Origin: Candidatus Hadarchaeota archaeon
GTDB taxonomy: Archaea; CAYQAE01; CAYVLA01
DNA: 64,000 bases
Assembly: GCA_964621445.1 (NCBI GenBank)
Contig: CAZUNO010000005.1
Span: 106,922-170,921 of the forward strand
Direction of reading: 5' to 3'
Shown one piece after another: positions 18,205 to 26,745 of the stretch. Under the pieces are notes generated by a model. The model did not search any database. It had not been told where the DNA came from and was given only the letters and a program-made list of their open reading frames with translations. Position 1 is the stretch's first letter; every line of letters starts with the position of its first letter. A program made the translations under genes and the position numbers.

Positions 18205-20226
18205 TTAGAGCCTGTAGCGGTGCCTACTCAGCAGTTCCTCTATCAGACCGGTATTCCATCCCCCGATGTCCTCCTGGATGCCAACCCGGCCTATCCGACC
18301 CCCCTTCCGAGAAATCCAGTCTACATGTTTGGATTGGCATGATGAGCATCGGGAATGAAGACCATCAACGATGCTTCCGCATTTCAGGCACAGGGAAAGG
18401 TCCTGGGTATATGTGAATAATGGAACGCCGCTCTTCGCTATCCTAGCCGTCTCTCTCCAAAGGACCTCCCTAGGAGGCCTGCCAACCAGATTCACATTGA
18501 AAATTGCTCCTCCCGAAAGTAGGGAGCAAAGAGGCTGTTCGAAATTCAATCTTTCCTCAAGGCCGATTTCCGCTGAAGCCCTGATCTGAGCTCCTTGGGT
18601 GTAGTATACGGAGCCCTCGGAGGATTTGCCCTGCGCCACATACCTTGATCGGAATCTCTTCCCGTCTATCTGAGCCAGCCTGTTATTGGAATCGTATGAG
18701 GGGGACTGACAGATGTGAAAATCCGATTCACTTTCTGCCGAGAACTCCCTGGTTGTTTCTTTCATTCTTTCCAGGACCTTATTGGCAAAATCCCTAGCAT
18801 TCCGGTTCTGGTGTAATTCGGATTCGGTCATGATCTTAACGGCCTCGTTGAGTCCCAAAATGCCAATCATCATCCTCTGCTCGTCCAGTCTCAGGTATTT
18901 CGACCTCCCGAAACTCTGATCAGCAAAGCGTAATGAACCCTCATCCATTCGCATCGCCAGGACCTTCTTCTTCAGCGAAATCAGGTCCCGTACTAATTCC
19001 ATTCTGGAAACCAGCATCTCAAAGAACCTGCTCACATTTCCCTGGCTATCAAGGGCCACCCTGGGCAGATTTACGGTGGCTTCCTGAATTATACCCCCTC
19101 GAAAATCGGGGTAGTAATCGCCCGTTCCCTCAACAATTAGACCGGGCTCCACGCAACAATTCAGAGACGAGATTCCATCAGCCATCCCGTTAAGGAACAG
19201 GGGGGAACCAAAGCGAGAGGCCAGACCACATGCCAGGAGGTATTCTTCCTCGGAATCCTTCATGAATTCTGGATCCAACTTTATCTCTATGGCCGGGAAG
19301 GGAAACGGCTTTCCCGTGTAGTCCCCTGAAAGGAGAACCTCTAAGAGCTGACGGAAGATTTTAACAGCTTCATCATGGTACTCCGAATATGTCTCCGGCC
19401 CGATCATGCCTCCCGGCTTTACGGCCTCCACATCTTCAAGGACCTCCGGGATTCCCGGAATCAATCCTACGGAGCTAAGTACCATCTGCCCACCTCTAGC
19501 CACATATTGCTGGCTCATCTCGTATATGAACATCTGGCACAACTGCCTGATTTCGGTCCCGTTCTTTCCCTCAACATAAGGAGCCATGATCACATTGAAG
19601 TGATTGAAGGAGTGACCTCCTGACCAGAAAACCTGGGAAGCGGCGAGGGCCTTGGCGGCATGAAAGATGGCAACCTCGGCGTGCTTGGCAGGCCCGGCCA
19701 CCGCGGTATCCCTGCCCGAACCATCAACTCTCAATCCCTTTCTGAGAAAGAATCTAAGATCGTGGGCAAAGCAGTATGGCCGGGTTACGAAGTACTCCAG
19801 GTCGTGTATGTGTATCAGCCCTCTCCTGTGGGCATCGGCGATCTCGGGTGGGATAACGGCAGAAAGAGCGTAATGGCGTGCAATTACATCTCCCATGTGC
19901 TTGTGTATCGATTCCGGGTTGAAGGCAGTACTGCTATCCATTCGGTGCCCACTGGTCAGGATCCGGTTAACGTCGTAGATGGGGAGCCCTAGTCTCTGGT
20001 GGTAGGCTGCTAGGTCATCGAAACCGTATTCCAGAAGCTTGGCATTTACCATTTCACGTATCATGGTAGTGGTAGGGGATACCCCTATCCGGCTCAGGTA
20101 GCTTTCGACCTCATCCGCGATCTTCTCGGCCACCCTAACCGGGGCATTGGCCTCGTTCACCAACGCATTAACGATCTTGCTCTTGCTGAAATCCTCAATG
20201 GTATCATGGGATGTTCTGACCTTCAA
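18205..20226 (-). CDS. Class III ribonucleotide reductase (NrdD) paralogue with degenerate catalytic motifs
   Basis: ATP cone (KVRTS..FSKSKI), IHIHDL, RPYCF, VNLPR, GLNE and Zn ribbon CLKC/CSSC are present, but RxxGY reads RKGGR, TPAE reads SPSY and YTNS reads YTQG. Confidence 0.88.
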   Translation of the reverse strand: MKVRTSHDTIEDFSKSKIVNALVNEANAPVRVAEKIADEVESYLSRIGVSPTTTMIREMVNAKLLEYGFDDLAAYHQRLGLPIYDVNRILTSGHRMDSSTAFNPESIHKHMGDVIARHYALSAVIPPEIADAHRRGLIHIHDLEYFVTRPYCFAHDLRFFLRKGLRVDGSGRDTAVAGPAKHAEVAIFHAAKALAASQVFWSGGHSFNHFNVIMAPYVEGKNGTEIRQLCQMFIYEMSQQYVARGGQMVLSSVGLIPGIPEVLEDVEAVKPGGMIGPETYSEYHDEAVKIFRQLLEVLLSGDYTGKPFPFPAIEIKLDPEFMKDSEEEYLLACGLASRFGSPLFLNGMADGISSLNCCVEPGLIVEGTGDYYPDFRGGIIQEATVNLPRVALDSQGNVSRFFEMLVSRMELVRDLISLKKKVLAMRMDEGSLRFADQSFGRSKYLRLDEQRMMIGILGLNEAVKIMTESELHQNRNARDFANKVLERMKETTREFSAESESDFHICQSPSYDSNNRLAQIDGKRFRSRYVAQGKSSEGSVYYTQGAQIRASAEIGLEERLNFEQPLCSLLSGGAIFNVNLVGRPPREVLWRETARIAKSGVPLFTYTQDLSLCLKCGSIVDGLHSRCSSCQSKHVDWISRKGGRIGRVGIQEDIGGWNTGLIEELLSRHRYRL

Positions 20227-20283
20227 CTAGGTTCCCCTGCTTACGATCATTTCGACATGCGCGGTAACGATTGTAAGTAACAA

Positions 20284-20307
20284 TATATAAAAGACCCCCT
20301 TTATAAA
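20284..20307. promoter_or_regulatory. Back-to-back TATA boxes for the NrdD paralogue and the wHTH operon
   Basis: TTTTATATA on the minus strand (20284-20292) and TTTATAAA on the plus strand (20300-20307). Confidence 0.6.
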
Positions 20308-20332
20308 CTAAACGTGTCAACCAGGTGAAGTC

Positions 20333-20806
20333 ATGCTCTCCAGGGCCGATATCCAGCTCCTTCTTTCGCTTCGCGGATCCTTCAAGACCCGAAAGGAGCT
20401 GGACTCGGATAACCCGGTTCACCGGGACACACTCTCCAAATCCCTGCGCAGTATGGAGAAAATGGGATTTATCCTGAAGACACCCAGGGAGATGGATGGT
20501 AGGTATACGGCCGAGTTCAACCTCACCAGAAGGGGAAGGGATATCACCTCAAACCTGGAAAAGGCCCAACTTGACGAAATCCCGGAAACCGGTCTAACCG
20601 ACCTCAGGTTGAGAATCATGCGCTACTGCCTCCAGGGACGGAGGTTCGGCGAGGTACGTGAAGAACTGGATATAGCGGAACCAAACGTGGATCGTCATTT
20701 AAAGATCCTCCTCAATACCGGTCTTGTGGAGAAGAGCGATGATCTCTATCTAACCACCGATATTGGTCGAAGGCTGATCGAGTCCCTCGAGGAAGCCGGC
20801 GGGTAG
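20333..20806 (+). CDS. Tandem winged-helix (ArsR/HxlR-like) DNA-binding protein
   Basis: Two wHTH units: TLSKSLRSMEKMGFI..FNLTRRGR and NVDRHLKILLNTGLVEK..YLTTDIGR. Confidence 0.85.
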   Translation: MLSRADIQLLLSLRGSFKTRKELDSDNPVHRDTLSKSLRSMEKMGFILKTPREMDGRYTAEFNLTRRGRDITSNLEKAQLDEIPETGLTDLRLRIMRYCLQGRRFGEVREELDIAEPNVDRHLKILLNTGLVEKSDDLYLTTDIGRRLIESLEEAGG

Positions 20807-21388
20807 GTGATTGACTTGACGGATGAAATCAGATCATTCATCGCCGTTGATATTCCCGAGGGAATAGTGGCCAGCTTGAGACCCATTCGTTACGATCTAT
20901 CCAGCCTAGCCCCCAATCTTCGCATGGTGGATGAGGAGAATCTCCATTTCACCCTCAAGTTCCTGGGCAACATAGGAAGGGAAATGATCGGGACCATAGG
21001 GGGATGCATGAAATCAACGCGATCCCTCCTCGGTTTCGACATCAAGGTAAGGGGTTTGGGAGCCTTTCCCAGCGCGGGCAGAGCCCGGGTAGTCTGGGCT
21101 GGAGTTTCCGAAGGACGTGAAAAGATGATTAAACTTACCGAGGCCCTGGACTCAACTCTGTCCGGTCTCAAATTCAAAAAGGAAAAGGGGAATATCCCAC
21201 ATCTAACCGTTGCCAGGGCCGGTCGAGGTTCCCGGAGACCGGATCTATCCAAGTTCATAGAAGCCACCAGGGAACGGGAGATCGGTAATATGCACGTGGA
21301 CAGCATTAAGCTGAAGAGATCAAAACTAACGCCTCAGGGTCCCATATACAATGACATTCTGGAGGTACAAGCGGGGGATTCAAACTGA
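20807..21388 (+). CDS. thpR: RNA 2',3'-cyclic phosphodiesterase (2'-5' RNA ligase, 2H family)
   Basis: RSFIAVD, HFTLKFLG, GAFP..ARVVWAG, PHLTVAR, SKLTPQGPIY. Confidence 0.93.
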   Translation: MIDLTDEIRSFIAVDIPEGIVASLRPIRYDLSSLAPNLRMVDEENLHFTLKFLGNIGREMIGTIGGCMKSTRSLLGFDIKVRGLGAFPSAGRARVVWAGVSEGREKMIKLTEALDSTLSGLKFKKEKGNIPHLTVARAGRGSRRPDLSKFIEATREREIGNMHVDSIKLKRSKLTPQGPIYNDILEVQAGDSN

Positions 21389-22791
21389 TGGAGCACAAAG
21401 CCCTTTTATCCGAGATACGGGAACTGATAAGGCCCTCCGAGGATACCAGGAGGAGAATTAGGGAAATAACAGGCAGGATCAAGGAGGGAATCTCCCGCAA
21501 GGCCCATGGCATATGTCCCCAATGCCGGGTGGAGGTAGAGGGATCTGTTGCAAAGGGCACCTTTCTTGAAGGACAACACGACATCGACATATTCGTCTTC
21601 TTCCCGCCCTGTACCCCGAGGAAGGACCTCGAGGAGCTGATCCTGGACCTGGGAAAGGAATGGGCGGAGGACCAGGGACTAGAATATGAGATAGCATATG
21701 CGGAACACCCCTATGTTACGGTTAAATTCGCCCTTGACAAGGATACCTGTGAGGTGGACATCGTTGGTGCATATGATGTTGATTCCACCCGGGATATGAA
21801 GTCCGCCGTGGACCGGACCAAGTTCCATACCCAATATGTCAGGCAGAACCTCGACCCACAGCTGAGGGACCAGGTTCTCCTGACCAAGCAGTTCATGTCG
21901 GGAATCGGGACCTATGGATCGGAGATTAGGATAGGAGGCTTTTCCGGTCTCCTTTGTGAGGTCCTGATAATAGCCCACGGCTCATTCCTGAATCTTCTAA
22001 GGGCGGCTGCGAACTGGGAAAAAGGACACATCATAGATGTGGAAAACCTAGGCGGGGAACACCCCGATTTCCGGGAACCCCTGGTGGTAATTGACCCCAC
22101 TGATGGACAGCGCAATGCCGCTGCTGCGGTTACCGAGCAGAAATTTAGCCTGTTTATCCACGCGGCCAGAAGCTTCATCAAACGGCCGAGGAGGACCTTC
22201 TTCCTGCCCCGGGAAATTGAGCCGATGGGCAAGGATGAACTGTTGAAGAAGATCCAGGATAGAGGAACCCAGCTGGTAATCTTCAGGTTCAAAAGGCCGG
22301 AGGTCATAGATGACATCATCTTCCCCCAGGTAGGCAGGCTGGTAAGCTCCATGAGTCGACGACTGGCGGACCACGGATTTACCTTGGTAGGACCATCCAC
22401 CGATCTGGTTCGCCAGGAGGGGGATCAGATTAACGTTCTCTTTGAACTGGGTGTACACTCGCTACCCAGGATCGAGAAAAGGTATGGACCACGCATAGAC
22501 CGTGCCGAGGACTGTGAAAAATTTCTGGAAAAACATCGGGAGAGCCATCCCTACATCGAGGGGGATAAGTGGTGTGTGGACACCGAAAGAAAATTCTGGG
22601 AAGCCAACTCCCTGATCTGGCATGTGCTGTCAAATAACCCCCAGGGCATCATTCCCAACTACGTGGCCGGAGGTATGGAAAAGGGGTGGAGCCTGGCCAG
22701 GGACGAGAAAGCCATTGATAGCGCCGGTCCACGGGTGAGGGAGATGTTAACCCAACACTTCCGCCGTGTATTGCCATGGGAAGCAACCTGA
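21388..22791 (+). CDS. cca: Archaeal class I CCA-adding enzyme
   Basis: GSVAKGTFL..DIDIF, YAEHPYV, SAVDRT.FH, GGFSG, VIDPTD..RNAAAA. Confidence 0.95.
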   Translation: MEHKALLSEIRELIRPSEDTRRRIREITGRIKEGISRKAHGICPQCRVEVEGSVAKGTFLEGQHDIDIFVFFPPCTPRKDLEELILDLGKEWAEDQGLEYEIAYAEHPYVTVKFALDKDTCEVDIVGAYDVDSTRDMKSAVDRTKFHTQYVRQNLDPQLRDQVLLTKQFMSGIGTYGSEIRIGGFSGLLCEVLIIAHGSFLNLLRAAANWEKGHIIDVENLGGEHPDFREPLVVIDPTDGQRNAAAAVTEQKFSLFIHAARSFIKRPRRTFFLPREIEPMGKDELLKKIQDRGTQLVIFRFKRPEVIDDIIFPQVGRLVSSMSRRLADHGFTLVGPSTDLVRQEGDQINVLFELGVHSLPRIEKRYGPRIDRAEDCEKFLEKHRESHPYIEGDKWCVDTERKFWEANSLIWHVLSNNPQGIIPNYVAGGMEKGWSLARDEKAIDSAGPRVREMLTQHFRRVLPWEAT

Positions 22792-22819
22792 GGCCCTTAT
22801 GATAATTTCGGGGTACCAT

Positions 22820-22833
22820 CGAAACTTTTATAA
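22820..22833 (+). promoter_or_regulatory. BRE + TATA promoter of nrdD
   Basis: CGAAAC followed by TTTTATAA; predicts a start site near 22852-22858. Confidence 0.7.
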
Positions 22834-22850
22834 GTTAGTTATCACTAAAT

Positions 22851-23061
22851 ACAGGTCACCGTTTTCCTCTCAGCGGTGAAACCGAAATGCGATCAATAGC
22901 CTTGGTTCTGGATTCGGGAAGCATGTACCCCTTTCGGTCCAGTATCAGTCCTAAGACCATTTCGTTCGCCAGGGATATGACCCGGAAGACCGGGGACCCA
23001 ACGGAGGAAGACGACCGTAAGCCACTCATCCAAATGAAAGGGCTTGTCAGAGGTTATAGAA
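22851..23061 (+). ncRNA. Structured 5' leader of nrdD (cis-regulatory RNA candidate)
   Basis: Hand-folded stems: GGUGAA/UUCGCC, CGAAAUG/CAUUUCG, CUGGAU/GUCCAG, CCGG/CCGG, ACGG/CCGU, AAGCC/GGCUU, and UGAC/GUCA directly before SD GAGGU. Confidence 0.55.
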
Positions 23062-25158
23062 TTGTTGATAAAGAAACGTGACGGCAGGAAAGAGGAATTT
23101 AAACCATCAAGAATCGAGGCCGCGGTTTTCAAGGCCTTCTCTGCTACCGGGGAGGGAACGAAAAAGGACGCTAAGAAAGTCACCGCTGAGGTCGTCGAAC
23201 GGGCCGACCAGGAAAACGGGGTTCCAACCGTCGAAGGGATACAGGATCGTGTCGAGGAAACGCTGATGAGGATGGGCTACTTCCGAACTTCGAAGGCCTA
23301 TATAATCTATCGTCAGCAGCACACCGATCTCAGAGATGTGAAACGCATCGTGGAGGACCCCCAGGTTATTGAGTCCTACCTTAATCGCAGCGACTGGAAG
23401 GTCAAAGAGAACTCCAACATGACCTACTCCCTTCAGGGCCTGAACTGCTACCTTTCATCAAAGGTGGTCTCCAATTATTGGCTCAGGAAGATCTATCCGC
23501 CGGGGATAAGGGAACACCACCTGGCGGCGGATTTCCATCTTCATGACCTTGGTACCCTGGGCCCATATTGCGTGGGATGGGACATAAAGGACGTGCTCCT
23601 GCGCGGCTTCAGTGGCGTGCCGGGCAAAGTAACCTGCACACCGGCCAAGCATTTCAAGGTGGCACTGGGCCAGGTAGTCAACTTCCTGTACACCCTGCAG
23701 GGGGAGGCCGCCGGAGCCCAGGCCTTCAGCAACGTGGATACCTACCTGGCACCTTTCATACGCTATGATGGCCTGAGCTATAAACAGGTTCAACAGGCCA
23801 TGCAGGAGTTCATATACAACTTGAACGTGCCCACCAGGGTTGGTTTCCAGACGCCTTTCGTCAACTTCACCCTGGATCTCAAACCACCCTCCTTCGCCAA
23901 GGACGAGCCCGCCATTGTCGGGGGCCAGGCCAAGAATGAGCCAATCGGCGATTTCCAGGATGAGATGGACATGTTCAACCGGGCCTTTGGCGAGGTAATG
24001 ACCGCCGGAGATGGAGATGGAAGACCATTCACCTTCCCCATACCTACCATAAATATCACCAAGGATTTTGATTGGGATAATGAGAACTACTGGCCCCTGT
24101 GGCAGATGACTTCCAGGTACGGGATACCCTACTTCTCCAATTTCGTGAACTCCGATATGAGCCCTGACGATGTAAGGAGCATGTGTTGTAGGCTCCGGCT
24201 GGACAAGCGGGAGCTCCAGAAGAGAGGAGGCGGGCTATTTGGCGCCAACCCGCTTACCGGATCCATCGGGGTCGTCACCTTGAACCTACCCAGGCTTGGA
24301 TACCTCTCCGGGGACGAGAACGAATTCTACGAGAGGCTGGATGAGCTGATGGATAAGGCAAAGGATTCCCTGGAGATAAAGAGAAACGTCATAAACAACT
24401 TCACCGATAACGGTCTCTATCCCTACTCCAAGGTCTATCTCCAAGGTATCAAGGAAAGATACGATAGCTATTGGCAGAATCACTTCTCGACCATCGGCAT
24501 AATCGGGATGAATGAATGTCTGAGGAACCTGATCAACACCTCGTTGGTCACCACCGAGGGACGGGACTTCGCCCTGGATGTCATGGACCACATGAGAGAA
24601 AGGATATCACAATATCAGGAGGAAACCGGAGACATATTCAACCTTGAAGCGACCCCTGCAGAGGGGGCTAGCCATCGCTTGGCGAGAATAGACAATGCCG
24701 AGTTCCCGGATATAGTGACCGCCAACCGCGGCGGTGGAGAGTTCTATACCAATTCAACCCACCTGCCAGTGGACTACACGGGTAACCTTTTCGAGGCTCT
24801 GAGCCTCCAGGACGATCTCCAATGCAAATACACCGGTGGCACCGTTTTCCACGTCTTCCTCGGGGAAAGTGGACCTCACCCGGAGTCCCTGAAGAGATTG
24901 GTGGACAAGGTGACGAGCTCGTTCTCCCTCCCGTACTTCACCATAACGCCTACATTCAGCGTGTGCCAGGAACATGGGTATATGGCCGGAGAGCACCAAG
25001 AGTGCCCCAAGTGCCACAGGAGCTGTGAGGTATATTCCAGATCGGTTGGGTACCTGAGACCGGTATCGCAATGGAATGAGGGCAAGTCATCGGAATTCTT
25101 CCAGCGACGGACCTTTGACCGCAAGGCCGAGAAGCCGGTGGCCAAAGTAGTGGCCTAA
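23062..25158 (+). CDS. nrdD: Anaerobic ribonucleoside-triphosphate reductase (class III), intact motifs
   Basis: ATP cone IKKRDG, ENSN, HLHDL, YCVGW, RSMCCRL, EATPAEG, YTNS, YTGGTVFH, CxxH/CxxC, glycyl loop YSRSVGY; SD GAGGT 7 nt before TTG 23062. Confidence 0.96.
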   Translation: MLIKKRDGRKEEFKPSRIEAAVFKAFSATGEGTKKDAKKVTAEVVERADQENGVPTVEGIQDRVEETLMRMGYFRTSKAYIIYRQQHTDLRDVKRIVEDPQVIESYLNRSDWKVKENSNMTYSLQGLNCYLSSKVVSNYWLRKIYPPGIREHHLAADFHLHDLGTLGPYCVGWDIKDVLLRGFSGVPGKVTCTPAKHFKVALGQVVNFLYTLQGEAAGAQAFSNVDTYLAPFIRYDGLSYKQVQQAMQEFIYNLNVPTRVGFQTPFVNFTLDLKPPSFAKDEPAIVGGQAKNEPIGDFQDEMDMFNRAFGEVMTAGDGDGRPFTFPIPTINITKDFDWDNENYWPLWQMTSRYGIPYFSNFVNSDMSPDDVRSMCCRLRLDKRELQKRGGGLFGANPLTGSIGVVTLNLPRLGYLSGDENEFYERLDELMDKAKDSLEIKRNVINNFTDNGLYPYSKVYLQGIKERYDSYWQNHFSTIGIIGMNECLRNLINTSLVTTEGRDFALDVMDHMRERISQYQEETGDIFNLEATPAEGASHRLARIDNAEFPDIVTANRGGGEFYTNSTHLPVDYTGNLFEALSLQDDLQCKYTGGTVFHVFLGESGPHPESLKRLVDKVTSSFSLPYFTITPTFSVCQEHGYMAGEHQECPKCHRSCEVYSRSVGYLRPVSQWNEGKSSEFFQRRTFDRKAEKPVAKVVA

Positions 25159-25218
25159 AAGAAAAAAAGGCAACGGTAATGGGCCCATTTAAGAGGACAT
25201 GGGAGCACCCATTACCAC

Positions 25219-25656
25219 ATGCCCCCGAGCCGCAGGGTCGTCATCCTTTGCATCTCAATGGTGGTTTTGTCAGCCGGCTGCCTTAACTCCAGTTCCCCGG
25301 GGAACGAGACAAATCAGACGCCGGGAGGGGAGCAGACAGAGGATCCGGGTAAGCCGATCTATTACTTCTTCTATTCGAATGGGTGTGGTGCTTGCGACCA
25401 GATGAAGGATACCACGTTGTCAAATCAAACGATCCTCCAGGCCCTTGAAAAGAACTACACCTTCAAGAGTCTGAACACAGGAAAGAATAGGCAACTAGCC
25501 GCTAGGTACGGGGTCAGGTACGTACCAACCAATGTTTTTGCCTATCCAAATGGGACGGTTATAGGAACTAAGGTTGGGGCCGTTGATCCTAATACATTCA
25601 TGGAGATGCTGAGAGTTGTCAGCGAATTCTACGTTGAGAACCCTCCTCTATCCTAG
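25219..25656 (+). CDS. Exported thioredoxin-fold lipoprotein
   Basis: Lipobox LSAGC, CGAC active site, YGVRYVPT cis-Pro motif. Confidence 0.85.
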   Translation: MPPSRRVVILCISMVVLSAGCLNSSSPGNETNQTPGGEQTEDPGKPIYYFFYSNGCGACDQMKDTTLSNQTILQALEKNYTFKSLNTGKNRQLAARYGVRYVPTNVFAYPNGTVIGTKVGAVDPNTFMEMLRVVSEFYVENPPLS

Positions 25657-26745
25657 TTAAGACAGGCTTTCCCAGTAGGGGGTAAGGAGTTCCTTCAGGT
25701 CCTTCGCCACCTGCTCGGTGGACTCGAGTCTTTCCTGGTCATCAACCTCGTCCGGTACCTCCTCGTCCGGTACATCCCTATCCATGCCAAGGGTCCCGGT
25801 CATCATTGATAGCCAGCAGCTGGGAATGGATTTCACGTCGTACCCGCTTCCCATTATATCAAGGTATTCGGCGCCCAGCTCGCGGCGTAGATCCCGAATC
25901 CAACCCCCCAGGGTGTGGAAGTCCCTCTTCTTGAGGCCAAGATAGGTCGGATACCCAAGATTGGTGAGGTCATTCACATAGGGGTCCGATCCGCCGTTCC
26001 TGATGATGATTTCGGGTGAGAATTCCCGGGCCGCTGGTTTCAGAATTTGGTCCCTAAATATCTGGTAGCATTCAATTCCCGCGAACGGTGGCATTGGGAA
26101 ATTTATGCAAAACCCCTCCCCGTCCCCCTTTCCAATCTCATTCTTGAAACCCCGCCCGGGATAAAAGTCGGTAGGATCATGATGAACGGAGACCGTAAGG
26201 ACCGAGGGATCGTCATAAAAGATATCCATGGTTCCATCCCCCGCATGGGCATCGGTATCCAGAATCATTACCTTTCCCCTGAACACATTCCTGGCGTGGC
26301 GGGCCGCGGCGGCCACATCATTCAGAACGCAGAACCCTCCACCTCTAGAGGGCCCTGCATGATGGAGCCCCCCAAAGGTATATACCGGGTTTTCCCTTTC
26401 CCTGGCCAGTTCCACGCCCATCATTGCTCCCCCAACGATCAGCTTGTTGGCCTCCAACATCTCCCTCTTTACCTGGGTGTCAGGGGTGAGATAGGTCGTA
26501 AAAGATCCCGGGACCTCGTTGGCCAACTCCTCCACGTAATCCAGATACTCCTTGGTGTGAACCAACATCAGATCCTCACGAGAGGCCTTCTTGGGTTTCA
26601 TGACCTCGTATGAATCTGCGGGCAGCTCCGATGATAGGTAATCGTAGAAGTCCCGAAATCTCCGGCCGGAAAATGAATAACTTGGAGGCACATCGTATTT
26701 CGTGAAACCGTCATCGTATATTAGCAGGAAAATGATGTCCTTCAC
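25657..26745 (-). CDS. Histone deacetylase/AcuC-family deacetylase
   Basis: LVHT..Y, PDT, GGLHHA, GGFC..ND, DTDAHAGDGT, FYPG.G, GSD, GSGY; start set at the GTG overlapping the upstream stop. Confidence 0.92.
   Translation of the reverse strand: MKDIIFLLIYDDGFTKYDVPPSYSFSGRRFRDFYDYLSSELPADSYEVMKPKKASREDLMLVHTKEYLDYVEELANEVPGSFTTYLTPDTQVKREMLEANKLIVGGAMMGVELARERENPVYTFGGLHHAGPSRGGGFCVLNDVAAAARHARNVFRGKVMILDTDAHAGDGTMDIFYDDPSVLTVSVHHDPTDFYPGRGFKNEIGKGDGEGFCINFPMPPFAGIECYQIFRDQILKPAAREFSPEIIIRNGGSDPYVNDLTNLGYPTYLGLKKRDFHTLGGWIRDLRRELGAEYLDIMGSGYDVKSIPSCWLSMMTGTLGMDRDVPDEEVPDEVDDQERLESTEQVAKDLKELLTPYWESLS

Noticed and set aside
18205-20226. Simple pseudogene or intein-containing RNR
   Set aside because: No stops, frameshifts or intein motifs; length is normal for NrdD
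22851-23061. RNase P RNA, SRP RNA or a canonical cobalamin riboswitch
   Set aside because: Only fragments match (GAGGAAG, CCCGGAAG, GGGCUU); the P4 and helix-8 signatures and the AGGGAA/ACUGU elements are absent
22887-23183. Short ORFs 22887-23081 (+) and 22893-23183 (-)
   Set aside because: No recognisable motifs; they overlap the nrdD start and the structured leader
6022-26745. RimI, Alba and HDAC as a chromatin acetylation system
   Set aside because: Genes are common, not co-operonic and up to 19 kb apart; RimI-type enzymes are N-terminal acetylases
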